Positions 28,155 to 42,070 of a stretch of 64,000 bases of DNA are shown here, in pieces (the first letter of the stretch is position 1; every line of letters begins with the position of its first letter). Source of the stretch: the human T2T-CHM13v2.0 reference genome, Homo sapiens. A program made the position numbers and the translations under genes. The stretch lies in the NCBI RefSeq assembly GCF_009914755.1, contig NC_060925.1. One strand, written 5' to 3'. Below the pieces are notes generated by a model. It saw only the letters and a program-made list of their open reading frames with translations. It was not told where the DNA came from and made no database searches.

Positions 28155-28312
28155 TGTGCCATACTATATTATAGGCATTAGCCACTTTGGCTACTTAAAT
28201 TTAAATTAATTAAAATTAACTTGAATTTTAAAAATTCAGTTCCTCAGTTGCACTGGCCACATTTCACAGGCTCAATAACCACATGTGCCTAGAGGTTACC
28301 ATACTGGACAGT
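28155..28312 (-). mobile_element. MER3/MER33-like hAT remnant
   Basis: AAAATTCAGTTCCTCAGTTGCACTGGCCACATTTCA...CCACATGTG motifs. Confidence 0.6.
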
Positions 28313-28721
28313 AGAAATATAATGATGAAAATAAACAGGATGATATGATTGAGAACAACAAGTAGGAACAAGGGGGTTGTATTGACTACTTTAGATCTAG
28401 ATCAGGTGGTCAGAAAAGGCTGCCCTGAGTTGACATTTGAGCTGAGACTTGAATGACAAGATGCAACTAGCATGCAAAGATCTGCAAAAAGCATCCAAGG
28501 CATAGACAACAGTGAGGGCAAAAACCTTAGCCACAAATGTGGTTGGCTGGTTTAACAACAAAAAAGAGCGTCTGAAGCATAAGAAATAAGGGGAGAGGTG
28601 TATAAGGTCCAAGAAATGGCAGGAAGCAGAGTCTCAAGGGCCTTATACACCATTTAAGAACTTTGGATTTTACGTTAAGTGCAATCAAAAACCATTGAGT
28701 GTTATTAAAAGGGCAATGTTA

Positions 28722-29006
28722 GGCTGGGTGTGGTGGCTCATGACTGTAATCCCAGCACTTTGGGAGGCCAAGGCAGGTGGATCGCAAGGTCAGGAGTTCA
28801 AGACCAGCCTGGCCAACATAGTGAAACCCCATCTCTACTAAAAATACAAACATTAGCCGGGCATGGTGGCGCATGCCTGTAGTCCCAGCTACTCAGGAGG
28901 CTGAGGCAGAAGAATTACTTGAACCCAGGAGGTGGAGGTTGTAGTAAGCTGAGATCATGCCACTGCACTCCAGCTTGGGCAACAGAGTGAGACTTCATCT
29001 CAAAAA
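28722..29006 (+). mobile_element. Alu (AluS-like)
   Basis: Full dimer. TSD AAAAGG(G)CAATGTT at ~28707-28720 and 29007-29019. Confidence 0.92.
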
Positions 29007-30625
29007 AAAAGGCAATGTTGTGATCTAAATTATGCCTTAAAAGCTCACTGTAACTACTGTTGAGAATTATTACAGGAAACCAAGAGCAAAAGCAGGAAGA
29101 ATTGCTAGAAGAAGACACATATCATATCATAGCCCAGGTTGAGAAAAGATGGTGGCCTGGACCAGGAGAGTGGTAGAAGGATAAAGAAAATCTGTTCCTT
29201 TTTTCTACATTCCCTATCTACAATCCTGCATCTGCTATCCTTCACAGCCAAGCTCCTTGAAATAGTATATTTCACTTTTTAACCCCTTATCCTATAACTA
29301 TGCTTTCTGCCTCCACTATCCTACTGAAACTGTCCTAAGGTCCAAGTTACCTCCACCTTCTCAAAACCAATAAGCATTTTTCTATCCTTTTCTTACCTGA
29401 CCCCTGCTGCATTTGCAAAACTGCTGACCATTCCTCACCCTCATCAAGTTCTCGCCTTCCTCAGCTCCGAGGGCCTTACTCTCACATGATTTTCCTCTTT
29501 CTTTTACTCCTTCTCAGTCTTCTTCCCAGTAACCTCTACTTGACTTTTAAACACCAGTGCTCCTCTAAGCTTACAGCTTTAGTACTCAGTGCATTTCACA
29601 ACATACATAATCCTTGAGACTGAACTGACACTTTTTGCTGTTAGCTCCCCAATTAACATCTCTGGCCCAGTACTCCCTACTGTTTAGACTATCTATATCT
29701 GGTGTTCAACCAGATGTCCTTACTTGGACATACCATAAACATTTAAAATGCAAAAGGTTGAAAATCTGTATCCTTCATTCTCTTATTACATATAGTTGCC
29801 CAAACCACAAGCCAAAGACTTCCTAAACTCCCCCTCACTTACTAGTTACAATGCCCATCACCAGACCTTCACAAGGTCCTGCAGATTCTAACTCCTTAAC
29901 GTCTTTCTAATCTAGTCCTTCATCTTCATCCTACTAAGGTTCTTAATTCAAGCTCACATAATTTCTTGCTTGGATTACTGGAAGAGCTTCCCAATCCATT
30001 TCCCTTCTTCCAATCTCTCCTCCACTTTGCTACCAGAGCACATTACAGGTCTTCAACAAATGTTGTTGATTACATTAAGTACAAATCTGACAATGTCATT
30101 TCTCTACTTAAACTTTCAGAGAAACGCCACAATTTTCACAAGGCCTCTCATGGTCTAGCTCCTTATTACTACTACTGCCTCATTGCCCCAACTCTTCCTC
30201 TCCCATCCTCCTCTCCAGCCATTCAGCTTTTCTTAGTTCTCTAAATACCATGCCATTTCAGGCCTCCCTTCCTCTGCACATGCTATTACTGCTCCTTTAC
30301 TCCTCTAACTAGTACTTCAAAGGTAGGCTTAAGTATCACCACTTCAAGAAAATGCCTCATGTATATCTCAGTCACACTGAATGGAAGTTAATGATTTGTC
30401 TGTAAACCAGAAGTTCCTACAGCAGGGTCCACCAACCTTATTTGGTTTGTAGCACCAATGACTGGCACAAAGTATGCAATCATTCACAGATGGGTTCGAT
30501 TTGATATCTTCTAAATTTTCTAAAAAAGGGAGAGGAGCTTAGTGGGCTTTATATCACCATTCCGGTATAGCACAAAGTGAGAGCGCTGTACTACAAAGCC
30601 AAATGTGCTTCAGGTTGGAAATGCA

Positions 30626-30659
30626 AAAATAAAATAAAATAAAATAAAATAAAATAAAA
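30626..30659 (+). repeat. (AAAAT)n microsatellite
   Basis: Read directly. Confidence 0.9.
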
Positions 30660-31299
30660 CACAAGGCACACCCTTTCAAAATGAAATGTACGAAATTCTG
30701 AAAGCCTATATAGTATCTAATAAACCAGCCTTGGAACTTTATACTACTTGGGGAAAGGCTTATTAAACACTTTGATGATAAAAATAGGTGGAAGGCTTCA
30801 ATAAAGCAAATTAACCTTTCTTGGCTATGTCACTGTAATTTTAGTTCCTAATGTAGATTCTCGTTCACTTCCTGACAGGTTATTTTCCTTCTTTGAGAGA
30901 GTCTTACCTCAAGAGTCACTCATTTGTCAGCCATTTGTTCTCAAAATCTGAATGGGGGAAATGCAGATGAAAGAAGGGAGAGTGTGGGGGGATGATCAAC
31001 ACTTTCGGAATGGGAGGTAGCAGAAGGCCACAGTCTCCGGGATGGAAGAGAGTGGGAGCTGGGGCAATACCAGAGTGGAGCGCTGACATGTGGCAAGGAA
31101 CGGGGAGGATGCGATCACGGAGCAGGCAACATGAAACAGGGAACGACCCCAGGCTGAAGATGGGAGACGGAGAAGATACTCAGAGAGAAAGCTAGGAATG
31201 TGTGGGGGTGGGGGGAGGGAGGGAGAAAGCGGTGATAGGCAGAGGCGAGAGGAAACAAGACGCAGTTTTTAGCCAGGGGTCAGAGGGCCTAAGGAGAAA

Positions 31300-31990
<691 letters not shown>

Positions 31991-32416
31991 TGACTTATTC
32001 AGTCTTATTGGTCCCCTACTATTGGCACGATCCTGATGTTTCACAGAAACTAATTCGTTTTAAACTAGTGGCAGGCCAGTGGGGGACCGTATCCTGCAAG
32101 AGTCGGATTTTGAAAAGATTAATTGCTCTTCCGGAGATTAGCCCCGTCAAGGCTGGCTTTAAATGCTCCTACTATAGATTCCCATAGTACTACGCAAGCC
32201 CAATATAGTACGTGTTATAGTGTATTATACACTTTTGTTTTCATTATTCATTTGGTTTTTCATTCATGCATTCATCCATCCATTCAACAAATATTTGTTA
32301 GTCTTTTAAATGCCAGCCACGCAGGGTGCTGAGCATTAGAGAACAAAAGAGAAGAAGTACCTTTTCCCAGAAAGCTGGAATTCTAGTGACTGATACAGGC
32401 AGTAAGCAATTAATTA

Positions 32417-32640
32417 CAGTATTTCCCTTTAATCCAAGGGGATATGTTTTAAGATCCCCAGTGGATGACTCAAACCATGGATAGTACTGAAACCTATGTA
32501 TGTGTATTATGTTTTTACCTATACATATATATGATAAAGTTAAATTTATAAATTAGGCACAGTGAAAGATTAACAATAACTAATAATTAAATTGAATAAT
32601 TATGTGGAAAATGAACCCATGGATAAAGGGGGGACTACTG
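32417..32640. mobile_element. Tigger-family MITE (MER44-like)
   Basis: Ends CAGTA...TACTG with imperfect terminal inverted repeats, flanked by TA on both sides. Confidence 0.7.
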
Positions 32641-34852
32641 TACTTAACTATTTAACTGAAATTGTGATCATGCTAGTAAGTGCTTCATAAATATTTGCTG
32701 AAGAAATAAATGGAATGCATACATAAAGTAAATAGAATAACTTGTTTCTTTGACAAAGCACTATTTTTGAAAGTACTTTACATTGTTCATTTGGATAGTC
32801 ACAAATGCCATCTAAAAATAGTGTGTCTTATCCCATTTTTAAAATAAAGAAATTGAGCTGTCTCTGAGCAGACTTTAAGTTATTTTTCCAAAAAATAAAA
32901 ACAAAAAAAATTATTTTAATGTGAGCACAAAGGCCTGTAGGCACTTACACATTTCCTAAAGGAAACCTAAAGAGGCCATCCACTTTGTATGAAAAAAGGG
33001 CACAGGAACAAATGAAAGGCAAGTGGATGGGGTCCAGAGCATTCATTTCTGTCAGGCCCGTGGACATACACACTTAGTCCTAATAATATAACAACTATAA
33101 TTTAGTGCCCAGGTTCCTACTCCATTATTTCCTACTTCTAGAGTAGGATGATTTTCACAAAATAGGATAGGCAATTTCTATGTTATCAGGTTAACAGGAA
33201 TCAGTTCTTCACCTATAAAAGGCAGTTGAATCAGATGTGCTGTAAGGTCCCTTTAAGCATCAGGGACCTATACTTCTGTAATCAAAGCTTTCAGAAAAAG
33301 CAAGCTGCCAGTGCTCCCTTCTTCCATCTGAAGAAATGCAGTGTTTCCTCAGATCATCACTAACTAGAATAATCCAGCCCTGATAAGATTATTCCCTAAA
33401 ATCCAGCACCAATCCCAAACTAAACCAAAATTTAAATTTAGATTCTTAGTGTTACTGGACGAATAACAAACACATGACACTTTCTGGAAGGAGACTGTCA
33501 TTCCTTGAAAACCATTCAAGTTCCTATTCAGGTAAATGCATTTTGTGGAAGTAACTGCTGTTGGCTGATTTTGCTGGCCTTTGTTCTTCCCTGAGGCATT
33601 CATATGTCTCCTGTGGTGGTCATTGAATTTCATTACTGTGTTGGCTCAGTTTTAATGGTGAAGTCCCTGACTTCCTTCCAAGTACTGTTGAAAAGGATCA
33701 TTCATGGATGTTTTTAAGGACTTTAGATACCCTTCACAGAAATTACAACACATTCATGAACTGAACTCTTCCCCCAGGAAGTTGTAATGCAACAGGGGGG
33801 GATGCCTCTGGAGTTCTGCTACCATGGTTTCTGCGGCATGTGGGAGGATTGCATCAGACAGTGAATATCACTTATTCCACAGTCATAAGAAAGCACATTG
33901 CAAAAATGTGCAGGCCTTACATATCCCAGCATTGACAGTGTCTCTCCGAGGTCTGGGTTCAGGAGGTAGGAAAAGCACTGTGACCAAAATAACAACAGGA
34001 TGAGTCCAGGTACCAATGTGAACTTCCTCCAGTATCCATTAGTGTGAGTCAGAGCACAGATGACTGTTGTTAAGAGAGAGATGTGTTACTGAGGAAGATA
34101 AGCAGCAGCCCCTTGCCAATCCTTAGCAGCAGCTTGAAGCGAAGGGGTTGAGTTGCAGGATGGGCACTAAACGCAGATGTGAGAGAAAGAGCAATGGACT
34201 TGGAATCATGACTTTGGGGAATTCATGTCACTTTTTTGGGACTTAGTTTCTTGGTTTATAAAATGAAGAGGCTGGGCTCTAAAGTTCATCCCAGGGATAT
34301 GTAGGTTTTGGTAAGAGACTGGGAATGGCAAGTTCTGGGAGCTGGAATTGCTTAGAAGGAGTGGTCTGTGTAAGCACCCTAGTAAGAAGCTTGGGTCAGC
34401 AGGAGAAAATGTGAGGGTACTGGACATCTCTAAGGGAAAGTAAGGGGAGCATAGCAAGGGCGTGGAGAGTCCTTGAAGCCTTACCTCATAGCTGTGCTAA
34501 GGGTCATCCTTGAATTGAAGATTGAGCAGAAGCAAGGGCTATTTACAGTTATTATTCAACAAACATTTATGGAGTGCTTTTTACATTAAAGATACTGTAG
34601 TAAGCACAGTAAGGCAATAAGGACAAGTGATCCAGAGATTCACTACTTAAAAGCAGACAAACACAAATGCTCTAAGAGCAGAGTGTGATGAGTACCATGG
34701 ATGGCTTTTGGATAAAGGGCAGTGGGAGAAATAAGGGAGAGATTAATTTAGATCCCTAGGGGTGTCCCTTGGAAAAGAAGTAGTGTGGAAGAGGTAGGAA
34801 AGGCATTAAACAAATTGGTTCTTGATTATAGAGAACCTCAAAATCCAAATAG

Positions 34853-35526
34853 TGAAACCGCCTTTGCAAAATTATGACTGAGATAGTGAAAGAGATGTAA
34901 CTTAACCGACTCCATCTTGCTTCTAACCTCCAAGCTGTCCTTGTTCATTCTTGGGCGTAAGTTGAACTAACTTTGAGAGAAACTTAGTTTACAGTTTAAA
35001 CAAAGACGGTAACAGCCTTTTCCCAAAGCAGACCTCCTTCTTACCCGGGGACTAGATTGCCTTCGTAGGACTAACATTAGCCACAAGATTAAAAATTATG
35101 GTTTAGGAGTCATGCAGCTGGAGAGTGTGACCCTCCCTAAACTGCTCCTAAGATCAATGCTTGAACTATTTTGTAGACCCTGCACTTGATGGATCAGCTG
35201 GCACCACCCAAATCAATAAACTGGCTCATCTGACCTTGTAGCCCCCACCCAGGAACTGACCCAGCACAAGAAGGCAGCTTCGACTCCCTATGATTTCATC
35301 CCTGACCAATCAGCACTCCTGGCTCATTGGCTTTCCCCCACCCACCAAGTTATCCTTAAAAATTCTGCTCCCCGAATGCTCAGGGAGACTGATTTAAGTA
35401 ATAATAAAACTCCGGTCTCCCTCACAACCAGCTCTGCGTGAATTACTCTTTCTCTGGCAATTCCCCTGACTTGATGAATTGGCTCTGTCTAGGTAGCGGG
35501 CAAGGTGAACCCCTTGGGCAGTTACC
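34853..35526 (+). mobile_element. Solo ERV1 LTR (LTR8-like)
   Basis: Begins TGAAACCGCCTTTGCAAAATTATGACTGAG, ends GGTGAACCCCTTGGGCAGTTACC, contains AATAAA. 4-bp TSD ATAG at 34849-34852 and 35527-35530. Confidence 0.85.
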
Positions 35527-35872
35527 ATAGTATGGTCTGGTCTTTTTCTGTGTGCAAGGTATAACCAATTGAAGATATTTTGAAGAAGATGTAGAAGTAT
35601 GTGGGATGACTGAAGGCAGATAGACCCCTCTAGATGTCACAGCAATATTCTAAACAAGAAGTAATAACATTGGAAAGGCAGTGCCTCTCTGGTGGCTGAA
35701 TCAATAGAATTTTGGTATACAGTTAGATATAGGTGTGGGAAGGGAAAATATGACCCAAGGTGATGTTCAAGTCTTCAGTCCAAAGAATTGGAAAGGTGGC
35801 AATGTCATGTCAGCAACCAAGATAGAGAATGTAAAAGGAGGAATGGCTTTGGGACAAACAAGAATAGGATGA

Positions 35873-36183
35873 GGCTGGGCACAGTGGTTCATGCCTGTAA
35901 TCCCTGTGCTTTGGAAGGAAGAGGTGGGAGGAATGCATGAGGCCAAGAGTTCGAGATCAGTCTGGGCAACATAGAGAGACCCCATTTCCACACAAAATTA
36001 AAATTAAAATTAAATTGTCTGGGCCTGGTGGTGCATGCCCATAATCCTAGCTACTTGAGAGGCTGAGTCAGGAAGCCTGCTTGAGCCCAGGTTTGAGGTT
36101 ACAGAGAGCTATGTTTGTGCCACAGCTCTCCAGTCTGGGTGACAGAGCAAGTGAGACTCTGTCTCCAAAAAAAAAAAAAAAAG
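35873..36183 (+). mobile_element. Alu (AluJ-like)
   Basis: Diverged dimer with A tail. Confidence 0.88.
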
Positions 36184-36363
36184 ATAAATGGATAAATTCA
36201 GTGTTGGATTTGTTAAATTTGAACTGCCCGTGGAAGAGCTAGGTTTTTTTTTTTTTAAGTTATTTTTATAAACTGAAGTTCCAAATTGGGATTGGAGAGG
36301 CCAGAGCTAGAACCTACCTATGGAAGTCTTCCACACAGAAATTATATTGAAGGGAGGGGATGA

Positions 36364-36744
<381 letters not shown>

Positions 36745-37265
36745 AACTGTCTATTTTTTTAGAGGTGGATGGAAAAAGAAGCTCTAGTAAAGGAGATAAA
36801 AAAGACATAGTCAAAGAAGAAAACTGTACATGGTAGGACCATGCTACAAAAGCCCAGTGAGGAAGAAGACATTTTCACAAAGGGGTAAACCTATTGTATT
36901 GAATTCAATAAAGAATTTAAGAAAGGAAAAGCCAAGAAGAGATGATTCCATTTGGTGAATAGGTAGTAACAAGTGATTGTCCAGTGTATAGAGCAGCCAA
37001 ACTCTGTTTCTTTTGCAGAAAATTTGTAACCTTTCTTCAGAAGTTGATTATTTTTCTGATAGCCAGAGAAGCAATGGTAATCTTTTTCTTTACAACTAAA
37101 ATAGAGATGGAAAGAAGTCTTTTCTTTTTGCTGGCATTGACCAGTTAGGAAAAGAAGAACTAGCTTCACTAAGCATTGTGTTTTATTGCTTTTTTGAATC
37201 CAAGAAAAAATATTTATATTTTCAGCATTTCCCAATATTTATAACTTTATTGGGCCAAAACCTAC

Positions 37266-37408
37266 TTTATTTATGTATTTATGTATTTATTTATTTATTT
37301 TTGAGACAGAGTCTCGCTCTGTTGCCCAGGCTGGAGTGCAGTGGCATTATCTCAGCTCACTGCAAGCTCCGCCTCCCGGGTTCACGCCATTCTCCTGTCT
37401 CAGCCTCC
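37266..37408 (-). mobile_element. Partial Alu (right-arm 3' part, AluY-like) with (TTTA)n tail
   Basis: GAGACAGAGTCTCGCTCTG...GCAAGCTCCGCCTCCCGGGTTCACGCCATTCTCC, ends abruptly. Confidence 0.85.
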
Positions 37409-37544
37409 AAGGAAAGAAGATATTAACACAGTTAGCTAACAAATATAAGTGCCATAGTGCTTTTAAGTCTCCATCTTCTTAATTTTAATGTGTTTAGGAC
37501 TTGTCAGGTTAAGTGAGCCACCAAATGTCAATGAGATTTGATAT

Positions 37545-38050
37545 TTGTGGAAGAGATTACTAGTTGCTCATTATCCATTTCCCCTTTTGCTTTAGCAGGA
37601 GAACCCATATATTATTGGGACACTTATGTGCCCAGATTTGAAGACAAACCACATTTTCCAACCCCTCTTGACTCAACGTATCCATACACTATGTTCAGGC
37701 CAATGAAATAGAGCACGAATTGTTGGAATCATTGGGAGGGGTTTCCAGAAGTTTACTTACAAGAGAGACAGCTAAGAAAAAGTCTTTTGGCTTCTCCTTC
37801 CCCTTTCCTGTTTCCTACCTAAAATTTACCATGGTTGTAGCCCCAGCATCCTTTTTAGACAATGAATTGACCTAAACTGTGGTGGAGCATGAAGACAGGA
37901 GCCTGAGTCTCCTCTGCTTTGTGGAGCTGCCACGCCAAGCTTGGACTGCCACATCTGGACTTCTTTCAGGTGACAAAAGAAATCTGTGTGTGTTCTAGTC
38001 ACTGCTATTTTGAGTTTTCTGTTATTGTAGGTGAACCTAATCCTGATATA
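37545..38050 (+). mobile_element. Ancient MaLR LTR (MLT1-like)
   Basis: Typical MLT1 motifs (TTCAGGCCAATGAAAT...TGGAGCTGCCAC...GTTTTCTGTTA...CCTAATCCTGA). Confidence 0.55.
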
Positions 38051-40254
38051 ATATGACCTTAGTAACAAGAGAAACTTTTGATCAAGGAAATTTGCTCTAT
38101 TCTATGTATCTTGTTTAAATAAAAGCATTTTTATTTCTCTGATTGTCTTTTTCTCTAGCATAATTCAGATGAGATTAGACCAATTACCTGGATATTTTAA
38201 ATTGTTTAAATATTTTTGACTTCATTTGGACATAAAAATATGCCCCAGGTGACCAAGTATTTCTTGTTTTCTTATTTTTAGCACAACTGAAATAGACTCT
38301 TAAAAGATTCTTTGAAATAAAAGAATGCCCCCCTTGTTGTTTAGCAGCCGAGTGATAAGTTCCAATCAACAATTTCATAATGGAAAATCGAGGGAAGGTT
38401 AGGTGAAGGGGAAACTGCTGGTTGGAGTTGTATATAAACTAAGACCACAAATATGAGAAGCCATTGCCTTGTGGTTTGTGAATAAAATAGCTCCGTCCAG
38501 CACCTTCCCTGTGGTTTCCTTACTCTGGACTACACTTTCTTCACAGTTTTCCCAAACCTTAGCTTCAGTGAAGCTGCAACCTCCTGATCCCTTTCTTCCT
38601 CTTTGATCTTTTTATTTTCTGAATATGTTACTATCTCCTTGTTATCTTTCTCTATTCCTTCAGTCCCTTCCTCAAAGTACCTTGTTACAGACTCTTTTCT
38701 TTCTGTTAATGGTTATCACATTTGGTGGATAAGCTATGAACAGAAAGGATAAATATTCTTTTCCTCTGCTTGTTCACTAGTCAGCCACCAAGTTCTATTG
38801 ATTTAACTTCCAAAATATCTCTTGGATTGATCCTCTCCTGATATCCTCATTTCCACCTCCTCATTGAGCTGTTTCGATAGCTTCTTCGGTCTTCCTGCCT
38901 TTGCGTCTGGGCTTCCCACCTCAACCATCCTACACATTGCTGCCAGATTTGTCTTCCTGAAGCATAATTCTAATCATATTACCTAGTAAATCTCCCCATA
39001 ACACTTTTGTTTCTTCTTTAATTTATTCACTCATTTAAGAACTATTCTCTGGGTACCCATTAGGTGCTATGAATGGCTGGAGGCCCTAAGAACATCAATA
39101 TAAGTAAGACCCAGTACTGGTGAAGGTAGGGGTTACCAATACACAAGCAGGAATAATTACCAGAGAACAGAGCAGGAACAAAAACCATGGCCTTGGGATT
39201 CAGAAAAGACTTTTAAGAGGTAATATCTGAGCTGAGTCTTGAAAGCCGAATAGATTTTAGCTGGCTGACAAGGGCGTAAGGGAGAAACGAAAAAAATACC
39301 CTAGCAGAAGAAACATCATGACAAAAGGCTTGGGGGGCAGCAGTAACTTGTGTGTACAAAGAAACAGAAGCAGCGGTTTCTAAAATGTGAAGTGTGACAC
39401 TACGGTTGGGGCTGAGTCTAGAGAGGTGGCCTGAGTGATTTTAAATTTTCTCAAATTTCATTTCCTGTAGAATGTAAGGACTAAGCAACATTTCTTAGTT
39501 TGCTTAAATATGAGAAATGTTTCCTTGGGTTCATTTTCTTCACTGATACCACTTTTCACGTCTTGCTTGCAGTCTAAGGAGCTGCAGGGTAGGGACAAGG
39601 GTTTGTAGGTCCGGAGTCAAGATGTGTTCCCAGCCCAGCTCCCCCTGATGCACTTGATCATTTACACTGGACTCTAGATTTGTGTTGAAGGTTGACTTTC
39701 TGTTCCCCCTTGGTGAAACCTTCACAGACTACTAGATGCCATAGCAGGGGAAGTTTCCCTTGAGTGCTTTGCTCAGGGTCTCCCTCTCTTAAGCTCTCCA
39801 ATTTCCCCTCCTTACATTGCCTGGCATTAGGTGACTGGGTGTTTTATTCTTCTTGATGCCATTTCTTTCCAGCAGATGCGGTCAGTGTTAATTGTCCTGC
39901 TAGTAGCCACTAATTTGACTTATATATAATCCTTGCATTTTAAAATCTTTTTTTTCAAATTCAATCCTTTCCACTGTTCTAGTTACTTGGATCCCTCATT
40001 TGTGGTCATATTCTATTCTTTTCTATCTTTCTTGCACTGAAAGGCACTTGGAAGATTTGAACCACTCAAGACTATAGACCTACACAAAGGCATGCTGGAA
40101 CATTCTAACGTAGCTAATTACGGAGGATCTGCTGTCCTCTTTTCCACCGAGCAAACTTTGAAATCCTTCTAAACGCTGTTCGAATATCACCTCCTTTGTG
40201 AAAAGCCTGACTCTACCAGGCAAAATTAGCCACTTTGGACCCCCATAGCTTTTT

Positions 40255-40421
40255 CTTTTTTCCTTATAGAGACAAGGTCTCGCTCTGTTGCCCAGGCTGG
40301 AGTGCAGTGGCATGATAGTGGCTCACTGCATTATTGTAGCCTTGAACTCCTGGACTCAAGTCATCCTCCTACCTCAGCCTCCTGAGTAGCTAGGACTACA
40401 GGCGAACGTCCCACCCCCCAA
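40255..40421 (-). mobile_element. Monomeric or 5'-truncated Alu (FRAM-like)
   Basis: Single right-arm monomer with 13-bp TSD CCCATAGCTTTTT at 40242-40254 and 40422-40434. Confidence 0.82.
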
Positions 40422-41675
40422 CCCATAGCTTTTTAATGTATGTGTCTATTCTGAAACTTAACACCTTGACTTCTTGTATTATGGTTTATCTGCATTACTG
40501 TCTCCCCCACTAGATGGTGATATCCTCAAGGGGAGGAATTGTGATGTTTACCCTTGTGACATTCATTCATTCAACACATTTTGAAAATATATACTGTGTA
40601 CCAGGAGCTAAACATACACATGACTCATACTCAGTACAAAAGAGACACATATGTGTACTAATAGATAATACACTCCAATGACAGACAGATAAACAGGCAC
40701 TTATACTTCATTTTTGAAAATGCGATGCTGGGAACAGTACAGAGGAACAGATAAGAAGGTCAGCTCACTTTGGAGATCAGTGAGGGCTTCCTGTAGGAAG
40801 TACCATGTGAGGTAAGAGTAGACCAAAGCCAGAAATAAATGGGATAGAGCGTAGAATGGAAGCAAGGAGGCCAAGCATTCTTAGATACAGAGGAAATAGC
40901 TCAAAACTCCAGAAGTGAGAAGACACAGTGTATTTAAGAATTAAATACTGTTAAGCCTGTCTGGAGCTAAAAAAAGACTGTTAACATGAGACTCGAGAAG
41001 TAAGGAGGGACAAAAATCATCAAATGACTCAAGGGCACAGACTATGGTTTATTTAAATTTCTTCCTCTCTCCTGTGTTTGTACTTATCAAACAGGTGATT
41101 GGTTAATAAATGTTCATGGAAGGGAGCAAAGAAAAAAACAAATGGCCCAGCACTCCAGTGGGTAGTATATATTAGAAATAATATGAAATGCAGATTTTGC
41201 CTGCCTTCAGTGTCACTGGATAGACAAGACGTTATCTGTCAACATTGGTAAATACTAGGCCCCATTTGATTTAATATCCAAAAAGAGTGGTACACGTAAG
41301 TGTGGTTAAGTCTGGAGAGATTGCTGTGACCAGGGATTGCCAAGGGAGCCTGCATCAATGAGATGGAACCTGAACTGCATCTGTAGGGTGAGTATGGTCT
41401 AAGAAGAAAAGAATAAAAAGGCATTCTGTGATCTTTTCAGAAGTATTCGAAGCGAATTAGTTAGTTTGTTGGATTAGCATCTAAAGCTATACTTTATTCG
41501 GACTTGCCAGTCAGTTTGTATAAAATCACAAGTGGAGTTTATGCTAATAACTTATTTTTTAATAGTCATGGCCTCTCTCTTCTCCCTAGGCGTTTCTGAA
41601 TTTAAAAGTTTAGGGAAAATAAAAAACATTTCCAAAATTGTGAGAGTCAAGGTAAATTATTTATTGATAACAATA

Positions 41676-42070
41676 CTATCTTAGTCCAGTTTCTGTTACT
41701 AGAACAGAATAGCACACACCAGGTAATTTATACAGAAAAGAAGTTTATATCTTACAGTTCTGGAGGCTGGGCAATCAAAGGGCATGGCTTTAGCATCTGG
41801 TTAGGGTCTTTGGGATGCATCATCCCATTGTGGAAAGATGGAAGAGCAAGTGATCATGCGCAAAAGAGAAAGCATGAGGGGCTGGGCTCACTTATTAACA
41901 ACCTACTCTCAAGATAACTAACACTCCCACAATAATGGCATTAATCCATTCATGAGTATAGAGCCTTCATGACCTAATTACTTCTTACAGGCCCCCACCT
42001 TTTAATACGGTTAGACTGGCAATTACACTTCAACATGAGTTTCAGAGGACAAACATGTAAACCATAGCAA
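41676..42070 (-). mobile_element. MaLR solo LTR (MST/MLT1A-like)
   Basis: TCTTAGTCC...ACAGTTCTGGAGGCTGGG...TTCAACATGAGTTT...AAACCATAGCA. Confidence 0.7.

Noticed and set aside
33380-34140. Non-repeat-looking stretch as a third decayed pseudogene
   Set aside because: No recognisable translation in the ORF track or the frames I read, and no poly-A/TSD pair. A tBLASTx search would be needed.
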